Source of the DNA: Vicugna vicugna
Taxonomy: Eukaryota
Reading direction: 5' to 3'
NCBI GenBank assembly: GCA_013265495.1
Contig: MU058718.1
Coordinates: forward strand, 4,140,678-4,173,935
Length of the DNA: 33,258 bases
Each line of letters opens with the position of its first letter. Positions within the stretch are counted from its first letter, which is position 1. A model generated the notes under the pieces. That model searched no databases and was not told the origin of the DNA. It saw only the letters and a list, made by a program, of their open reading frames with translations. Both the position numbers and the translations under genes were made by a program. Shown here in pieces: positions 25,739 through 33,258 of the stretch.

Positions 25739-26954
25739 GGGAAAGTCCCACCCAAGTGATGGCCCAGCCAGAAGTAAAGTGGCACCTTCCTTTTGCAAAT
25801 GGTCGGATTTTAATGCCTGAGGGGCAGCCTGGCTGGGTCCTGCCACTCTCCCATCTAGAAGGCAGGCCCCAAATTTAGGCCCTTGAACTGTTTCTTGGGA
25901 GGGCCTTGGGGGAGATGCTCAGGAAGTCCTCCCACATGGCCCCACCCACCTGCAAGAGGCCCGAGGCCAAGAAAAGAGGGTGCGGGGTTGTGTTGGGTCT
26001 CTTGGTGGCCCAGCCCCCTGGAGAGGCTGTGTCTGCCTGTGTGGCATTGCTGCCTCGTGGGCACCGCGCAGGGCGCGGGGAACTTGCTCCTCTGGTGCTG
26101 TCGGCATCAGGCTTTTCCAGAGCAGTGAATGAATGCCAGCCTTCCCCCGCACCCCTCCAGCAACTCAGATGAAGGCAGCTGCTCGTAATAAACGTGTGTG
26201 TTTCTCATTCTGAGTATGTCTGAGTCTCTGATGAGTTCTATTTATTGTAGCTCTCAGCCCTGTAAAGAGAATGGTTCCAAAGACATTCGTTAATGACTGA
26301 GGTTTTAAGAACTCTGGCTTTCACTTCTGTATATGCTTTCTTGTCACAGGGAACTGTCTTAATTTTGATGTGTTTATTTTCAACAATGAAACATCTTCAA
26401 AGAGATAGAGAATGAATGGGAATGTGAGTATGCGTGTGTGAGAGAGAGGGAGCTTGGCCTGGTAGACTGAAATGCTTCAGGCAGGGATGGAAGATAAAGG
26501 CTCAGAAAATGTGCAGCTGCAGTAGAATCAGAGACTTAAATATGTGCTTTGAAACCAGACACTGAAAGTGAGGTCACCTCACTCCGCGCGCTGGTTCAGC
26601 CTTGCCCAGCAGCCTGACGCAAGCTGAAAACCCACAGGAGGGGAACTCAGCTGAGTCTCTCCTGAGTAAAACTGTGAGGGGGCTGAGTTTTTGAGATAAA
26701 GGGAGGAGGTTCTGAATCAAATGTACAGAATCTTCTGCCTTGGAGGCTCTCAAAGACTCTGAGAGAACTCAGGTACTGCTTCATAAAACCAGCACGGCCA
26801 ACACAAAGCAAATTCGGCAAGTGGGAATCCAAAGATGACAATGCCTTTCACACTTAGGATGTCAGGAAGAACCCACTGGAATTGCCCAGTTCCAGGACCA
26901 CCACCCTAAATGTGGCTGACCTGGAAAGCTTGAGAATGCAATGACTCTAGACTT

Positions 26955-27165
26955 AGAGAATGGTATAGAGCTGGAAGGGGCCTTAGCTATCCAGTCCTGG
27001 TTCCTCTTTTACAAAGAAGAATCTAGGCTCCCACTTTGGCCTTCCCCTTGGCCTCTCTGAGTATCTGAAAAGTTAATAGCTACATCGAAGATTTATTGTG
27101 AGCATCGGTGTAACGTTGTATATGAAGCACTTGGCACTCAGCACTCAGTAAGTGGGAGCTGTATT
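26955..27165. mobile_element. MIR fragments
   Basis: AGAGCTGGAAGGGGCCTTAG (antisense MIR) and ATCTGAAAAG..AATAGCTAC...TATGAAGCACTTGGCAC...CAGTAAGTG (sense MIR 3' end). Confidence 0.55.
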
Positions 27166-27174
27166 ACTCGTATT

Positions 27175-27307
27175 CTTTGTTTTCTGAGGGGGTGGTAATT
27201 AGGTTTGTTTCTTCACTGATTTCCCTTGGAGGAGGTACTGGGGATTGAACCCCGGACCTGTTGGGTGCTGAGCATGCGCTCTACCACTTGAGCTATGCCC
27301 TTCCCCC
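27175..27307 (-). mobile_element. tRNA-derived SINE resembling the camelid SINE family
   Basis: Minus strand reads GGGGGAAGGGCATAGCTCAAGTGGTAGAGCGCATGCTCAGCAC...GGGGTTCAATCCCCAGTACCTCC...AAACCTAATTACC, with Pol III A box (27284-27295) and B box (27241-27251). Confidence 0.85.
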
Positions 27308-27395
27308 AAAGGAGCTGTCGTCTTATTTCACCGTGTCTGTGTGTTTAGGTGTGTGGTGGCAATGTTGGAGTCAAAGGGTAGTGTTTCAGTATAGC

Positions 27396-27438
27396 TTTTG
27401 TTTGTTTGTTTGTTTGTTTGTTTGTTTAAAAAAAAAAA
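27396..27438. repeat. (TTTG)n microsatellite followed by an A-run
   Basis: About seven TTTG units then A11. Confidence 0.9.
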
Positions 27439-28144
27439 GCCCAGCTTCCTGGGACAGGGTTCATATCTACCCAGAGTCTTTTGGACTGGAAAGAACTACT
27501 ACACTACTTAATTCAATCCCTTTGTTTTAGAGGTGAAACTCAGGTCCAGACAGGCGAGAGCTTGCTTGGGATCCCACAGCTACCTTCTCTCCTGGAACCC
27601 CATTTCCTGCCAAGGTAGTAGGGAAACTGCCATGCTTTCAGCCTAGAAACTCCACTGAGATGGTATCTCTGTTCTACAGCAGCAGATGGGGATTTCTAAC
27701 ACATCAACTCAAGTGCTCTGTTGGATTCTTTCAGACGCCACCACCAAAGTGGGCACCTAAACTTTTTTATGAATGAATTAAAGCGCTACATTCTTGACTC
27801 CTGAGAGAAGAACTAATAATTAAGTAAGAGGGCAAGTCTGGGGTTGAAATTAATTACTGTGGGATTCTGAAATGATTTTGAGATAAAATGTATAGTTTAC
27901 ATTAATTTGCATTGCAGTAGACAACACTGCTTAGGAAAACCTGCTCTGTTGAATTTAGGAGACAAAGATCATGTCTGTTCTTTTAATTCATGGCTTCAGG
28001 GAGCTTGGAGAGGGGAGGAGGGGCGGTGAGGGGTTTGAAGCTTTTAATGCTTACTAGACAGAAATGTGATTTTTTTCCTGACATAGATTAGTTTTTAAGG
28101 ATGTCATAGCATCAGTTAAGTACTTGGTATGTATTTTGCCTGTT

Positions 28145-28320
28145 TACTTCTTTAATCATCATGACAAGCTTAGGAGATGGGTGTTAGAATTACCCCCATA
28201 CTACAGATGAAAAAACTAAGATCAGAGAGTAACTTATTCAAGGTCAAATAGCTAATAAATGGCATCACCAGGACCAAATCTCGAACTCTGGCTGTAAGCC
28301 TTGCTCCTGCCCACTGCGCT
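28145..28320 (-). mobile_element. MIR SINE
   Basis: TTTAATCATCATGACAA...CCCCAT.CTACAGATGAAAAAACTAAGATCAGAGAG.TAACTT..TCAAGGTCA.ATAGCTAATAAATGGCA. Confidence 0.8.
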
Positions 28321-28989
28321 TTACCACCTGGGGAAGAGTTAAGGTACCAAATGCAAGAGACGAGGAACCATTTCGACATTCCTCATGAACATATACTTCC
28401 CATTGCGTTACTAATTCAAGGTTAAGTGTATGGGGCTGAGTCTCACGGCCCCTCATGCTTAGTCCAGCTGCCTCCACCATACTATTGGTCTGGAAATTCC
28501 CTGGAAACATAGGTGGGATCTTTTTTAATATACTGTCCAGTATTCACCCCTGACTTTACTCTGCTGGATTAAAATCAGAACGCAGCTCTGCTTTTCAGTC
28601 CACAAATGGTTTAAGAAACCAGCACCAGGCTCAGTATTACATATATTTCCAAAGGATACTTACACGAACCCACACTCAAGAACCCACCAGTACCAGCTTA
28701 AAGGGAATGGGCTATTTCAAGGAGGTTAATAAAGGACGCGATAGTATCAAATCTATTCCATTGATTTTTCCCTGAGGATATGAGTCACCTCGATCTTAAT
28801 CCCCTTTCACCTTTTGACTCAGAGATGTTGGCAACATTGCTTCTTAGAACAAGGTAATTTATATACCAAGTCCTCAAAAATTTATAATAAAGGCAAATTA
28901 ATACAAATCAAAGGCAAGTAAATACATGGAGAAGAAACACTTAGCAGTAATTTAGTGTTAAATAAACAGGTGAATGCTTTGATACCCTT

Positions 28990-29400
28990 TTTATACACAA
29001 GGAAACGTATGACACGTTACACTACATGCTATATACACCCACTCCTCTGTGCATTTGTTTTTTTAACTTAACGTATCTTGTAGCACATTCCGTGTTCAAC
29101 ATTATCACATAAAGATTTACCTCATTCTTTCTCATGACTTCATAAAATTTCATTGTTTGGATGTATCATAATTTACTTAAGCATCATCTATGAAAGAACT
29201 TTAATGGTATCTAGCCCTATGCATTTACAAATAATGCTGAAAGAAATGTTTACACATGCGCATGTGTATTTTTGTTCTGGCTTGGTCTTGTTGTTTTTAT
29301 TATCCATGAGGAAAAAAATCCTAGAAGTAGAACTGTTAGGTCAAAGCATATTTGTATTTAAATTTTAATCACTATTTCCAAATTATCATGGAGACGTTGC
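28990..29400 (-). mobile_element. Old L1ME-like fragment
   Basis: TTTTTTTAACTTAAC.TATCTTG...TCATTGTTTGGATGTATCATAATTTACTTAA...ATCCTAGAAGTAGAACTGTTAGGTCAAAG. Confidence 0.65.
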
Positions 29401-30094
29401 AAGAAATTGCTCTCAGTGAGAAGGAATTTGAAATGCTGTCTTGAACCCTTGTTATCTGACTAGATTTTCATATAAAAATGAGAAGCTTTGCTGGGTGGTA
29501 TAACAGGTAAGTCAAATGATGATGAATATGAAACAGAGCAGTCACATTTGTCAAAGTATTTTGAAGTGCTTAGTGGACAAGAGGGTACACTTAGCTGATT
29601 ACATCAGATAAGCACATAGAACTCATCTCTGTAAAATCTACCTTCCCCTCTGAAATGTACACCTTAAGGTGTGCATATCTAGGTCAGATTAAGCTAAAGT
29701 TACTTGACTTTTTTCATCCAAGTCACCTGAGAATCCAGCAATTCCTTTGACTTGTAGCTCCTAGGCTGGAGGGTTTGGTGTGTAGGTAATGAACACCCTG
29801 GGACTTTCTGTCCTCACTTGAAGTTGCACAGTAGTAGAGAAACTGACTGGCTATAGACCTGTCAGGGGAGAAGATTAAAGCCACAGGAAGTGTTGTAGCT
29901 TAGCTATGAATCTCCTGTGTAAGTTCCATCTTCATCCTTCATTACTAAGGATGGTAACAAGCCAACTGCATCACTGACCTAGTCTGTACCCGGTATGATT
30001 TTACCACATCCTCTCAAGGCACCAGTAAGTGACACCTAGCCTAATCAGAAATCATACTTAGATGCTAGAAAATAAATTTTCTCCTGCACCAGGC

Positions 30095-30340
30095 CCATTT
30101 CATTCTATTAACAAGATGCGCTGAGTGTCTGCCCCACATCCAGTCCTGGGCCAGGCACTGTGGGAGACATAAAAGAAATATAAAGCCATTGGACACAGGC
30201 ACATTGGAGCAGAAAAGGGTAGATGCAGAGGATAGCTGGAAAGCTGCTATCACTATTCAGGAAGGAGCTGATGAAGGCCTGCACTAGGGCAGCGCTAGCA
30301 AAGGTGGGAGAGAGCAGCATTTTGGGAGTCACCAAAGGAG
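30095..30340 (-). mobile_element. L2 fragments
   Basis: CATTTCATTC..TTAACAA...GGGCCAGGCACTGTG and GATGAAGGCCTGCACTAGGGCAG. Confidence 0.55.
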
Positions 30341-30389
30341 CCTGACTCAGACTGAATCACCGCGGAGGGCAATGAGCACAGGCTGGCTT

Positions 30390-30560
30390 CTGATCGCTGC
30401 CTTGAGGCTGTGTGGCCTCCAGGCCCTGAATCATTCTAAGCTTCTCTTTTTCACTTATGAAATTAGGACAATAAAACTGTCCCCACCTTCCTGGATTACT
30501 GGGGAGATCAGTGAGTTAGCATCCGGCACGTGGCCGGTCTCATCATGGTGAAAGAGGTGT
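30390..30560 (+). mobile_element. MIR SINE
   Basis: GCTGTGTGGCCT...CTTCTCTTTTTCACTTATGAAATTAGGACAATAA...CCCACCTTCCTGGATTACTGGGGAGATCA. Confidence 0.55.
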
Positions 30561-31702
30561 GGAGGGGCCACGCAGTGACGTCCGTCTTCTGGGTGGTGAC
30601 TTTAAGCAGATGGGAAAAGTTAGAAAGGGGAACCCTCCAGAAGGGGAAGTGAGGTGGATTTTTTTTAAATTTTGGAGCTTGACGTGATGGTGGGAGAGTC
30701 ATGCTGGTGGCTGGAAAGCTAAGGGCTGAAAGCTGGCAACGGAGGACAGGGAGGCAGGAGTCGTGAGCTGGGAGGCCAAGGTCGTTCAAGCCATGTGTGT
30801 CTCTAAATTCCTAGCAGAGGCAGCAGCAGCCATGGCTGAGGTGAACCAGCAAACCTGAGACTCTGGGCTCAGGCATGAAGCCCTAAAGATGATGCCGACA
30901 TCACATCACTGACCAGATCATGTGGAACTCATGGAAAATTAGACACCCGCCTGAAGGGAGCAGCACCCACGCCAGTCTCCCGGCCTCTTGGTCCCAGATT
31001 TTCATCCATTTTTGAGTTGACAAGAGCGAGGAGACTGGTGTCAGAGCCCACTGCTTCTCAAAGTGTGTCTGTAGGTCCCCTGGATTAAGTCCCGGAAATA
31101 GGTGTATTATACTTGACTGTGTGTACCAAACAAGTTTCCTGCTGAGCTAGGGCCAGAAGCAAACAAAAAAATCATTCTATCCACATTTATTGAGTTCCTC
31201 CCAAAGGCTACGTGCCGGCCACACACAAGGCTCTCTGTGTTTGTAGAACGGGCGTTGAAGGAGATCATGGGAAACAGAAAAGAGTGCCCAGACCATCCCT
31301 CATGAACTGGGTCTTGATTCCACTACTGGTCTCAGGTAAGAGCTCCCTCGGCCCCCACTTTCTGGAAGACAGTCAGGCTCAGCCTTGACTCCTGCTCACA
31401 GCTGATCCCAGCAGAAGGGGCAGCACAATTTGAGTGGGAGGACTACCCCTTCCTGGTTCTGAGAGCTTGGGCCAGTCAGCCACCCTGAGCCTCAGCTTCT
31501 TCCTCTATAGTAGCACAGAGATGTCACGGCTCTGTGGCAAGGCTTCAGCTGGCACACATGAAAGCACTTTGTATGATGGCGAATTCTGTGAAGACAGGAA
31601 CTAGAGCTGTATTCCAGGCCCACTGTGTTTGCCCTGCGGGAAATGGAGGTGTCTCAGATAATAAATATCCCTCTGCTAAGAATCAGCATTAGAGAAGGAA
31701 GC

Positions 31703-32195
31703 TGTGAGAAAGCAGAATTTGTTTCCCACTTGTTCCCACTTTGTTTCCCACCAAAAGATACATCCAAATCCTAACCACCCCCCGCCCCACCGTAAACACC
31801 TACCTTACTTGGAAATAGAATCTTTGCAGATGTGATTAAGTGAAGGATCTTGAGATCAGGTCATCCCCGATTTAGGGTGGGCCCTAAATCCAATGATTGT
31901 CCTTATAAGAGAAAGGAGAGGGAAATCTGAGACACAGGGGAAGGTCATGTGAAGACAAAGGCAGAGATTGGAGCAGTTTGTCCACAAACCCAAAGAACCT
32001 CAAGGGTTTCCCGCGGGCAGGAGAAGCCAGGAGAGGCATGGAACAGACCCTTCCTCAGACCTTCCAGGAGGAACCAACCCTGCCGATACCTTGATTTCCA
32101 ACTGCTGTCCTCCAGAACTGTGAAAGAATAGGTGTCTGTTGCTTTGAGTCATTAAGTTTATTCATTTGTTTCAGCAGCCTTTGGAAATTAAGACA
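31703..32195 (+). mobile_element. MLT1C-like MaLR solo LTR
   Basis: CCAAAAGATACATCCAAATCCTAA...TCTTTGCAGATGTGATTAAGT.AAGGATCTTGAGAT...GGTGGGCCCTAAATCCAATGA...CCAGAACTGTGAAAGAATA...GGAAATTAAGACA. Confidence 0.88.
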
Positions 32196-32584
32196 CCACT
32201 CAAGTCGAGGAGCCTTGGCACGTGGGGTTGCCAGTGCACTGGGCCACCCAGGCTACTCACCCTGGTCCATCTGTCCCTGGGGCCGTATTCTCCCTCCAGG
32301 CCCTCTTTGGCAGCTTTTGGTTCATAGTTACCGAGCAGCACCATCATATTTTGATAATACTGCTCCCCTTCCCAGAGGCTACAGTGAGTTCCAGTTGATT
32401 CCAAGTTACACATTTAAACACATTCTCACAGGCCTCGAGGTTTCATCCTTGGGGGAAAGGCCTGGACAGTCTCATTGCCTGGAACCATCAAACATCTTAC
32501 TTGGTAATAAACATAGCAGTTGTCTGGTAGTTGACAAAGCACACCATGGTGCATGAGGCTCTGTCTCTAGCTTGCTGCTTGAAG

Positions 32585-32930
32585 CAGTGATTCTCAAGCT
32601 TTAGGGGACGTAGAATCATGTGGAAGGCTTGAGAAAATACAGGCCACTGGCCCCCTTCCCTTCACTTCCCCCAGGTTTCTCATTCAGTAGGTCTGGGTGC
32701 TCCCAGGTGATGCCAATGGTTCTGGCACCAACCACACGTGAAAGGAGCACGAGCTCAGAGTGGTAGTTCTTAAACTTGGCTGCACGTTAGGATTACCTGG
32801 GGAGCTTCTAAATACCCCATGGCTAGGCCGCAACCCATGTGTTAAGTCTGAATCTCTGGGGGAAGGACCTGAGCATCAGTGATTTTTAAAGCTCCTCAGG
32901 TGATTTTAATGTGCAATCAAAGTGAAAGCT
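32585..32930. mobile_element. Two adjacent MER5-family DNA transposon remnants
   Basis: CAGTGATTCTCAAGCTTTAG...CATTCAGTAGGTCTGGG..CCCAGGTGATGCC (~32585-32750) and GTAGTTCTTAAACTTGGCTGCACGTTAGGATTACCTGGGGAGCTT...AGCTCCTCAGGTGATTTTAATGTGCA (~32760-32930). Confidence 0.8.
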
Positions 32931-33074
32931 GGTGGCTTAGAGCCCATCCCTCCCTCCCTCTGCAGGTAGATGGGAGAGGATGGGAAGCTGGGGAGAGGTC
33001 CTGGCTGGGACCTGACCCCTCTGTTGCGGCCAGGCCTGTTACCACACTCTGGGAATGTGTGACGAGACAGAAAC

Positions 33075-33210
33075 TGGTCTTTCCTCTCCTTATCTAAGAA
33101 CTGGGGGTAATAAAAATACCTACTTCAAAGGGAAACTGTAAATGATTAAAGGAGAAAATGTATTTGAAGCGCCTGGCCCAGGTGCTACAATGGCAGCCAT
33201 TCAGCCAATA
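33075..33210 (+). mobile_element. MIR fragment
   Basis: TTTCCTCTCCTTATCTAAGAACTGGGGGTAATAA..ATACCTACTTCA.AGGG...GATTAAAGGAGAAAATGTAT.TGAAGCGCCTGG. Confidence 0.65.
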
Positions 33211-33258
33211 CTCATTTCCCTCCTCTCCCCCACCCCTCCCCCACCCTCCTCTCCCCTC

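Noticed and set aside
27230..27307. Possible tRNA gene
   Set aside because: The anticodon arm is degenerate and the sequence continues into a SINE-type tail; called as a SINE.
31718..31751. Three copies of TTGTT(T)CCCAC
   Set aside because: Slippage micro-duplication inside an MLT1 LTR; no spacers, so not CRISPR-like.

Overview
Mammalian genomic DNA. It is most likely a camelid, judging by a tRNA-derived SINE at ~27.2 kb that resembles camelid SINEs and an artiodactyl-type L1 3' end. The window holds the last coding exon and 3' UTR of SOS2 (+). About 0.5 kb later come the CpG-rich promoter and a complete, intact six-exon VCPKMT/METTL21D gene (+; 229 aa; CDS 3199-3464, 3561-3671, 3844-3916, 5078-5197, 6075-6179, 8317-8331). 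The remaining ~24 kb has no recognisable coding gene and contains many old repeats (MIR, L2, L1M, MaLR/ERVL LTRs, MER5, MER53, MER81-like). I found no prokaryote-style novel system. The best lead is a strong alternative 3' splice site 51 nt upstream of the canonical SOS2 last exon. Its use would replace the Grb2-binding proline-rich tail with the short peptide IFFRTEV-stop, a class I PDZ-binding motif. Other leads are the very tight SOS2/VCPKMT junction, upstream ATGs inside promoter motifs, an internally deleted L1 with a 19-bp TSD, a hairpin-masked splice donor in the VCPKMT 3' UTR, and a G4 downstream of the VCPKMT poly(A) site. Repeat family names come from recalled consensus sequences, and repeat boundaries are approximate.
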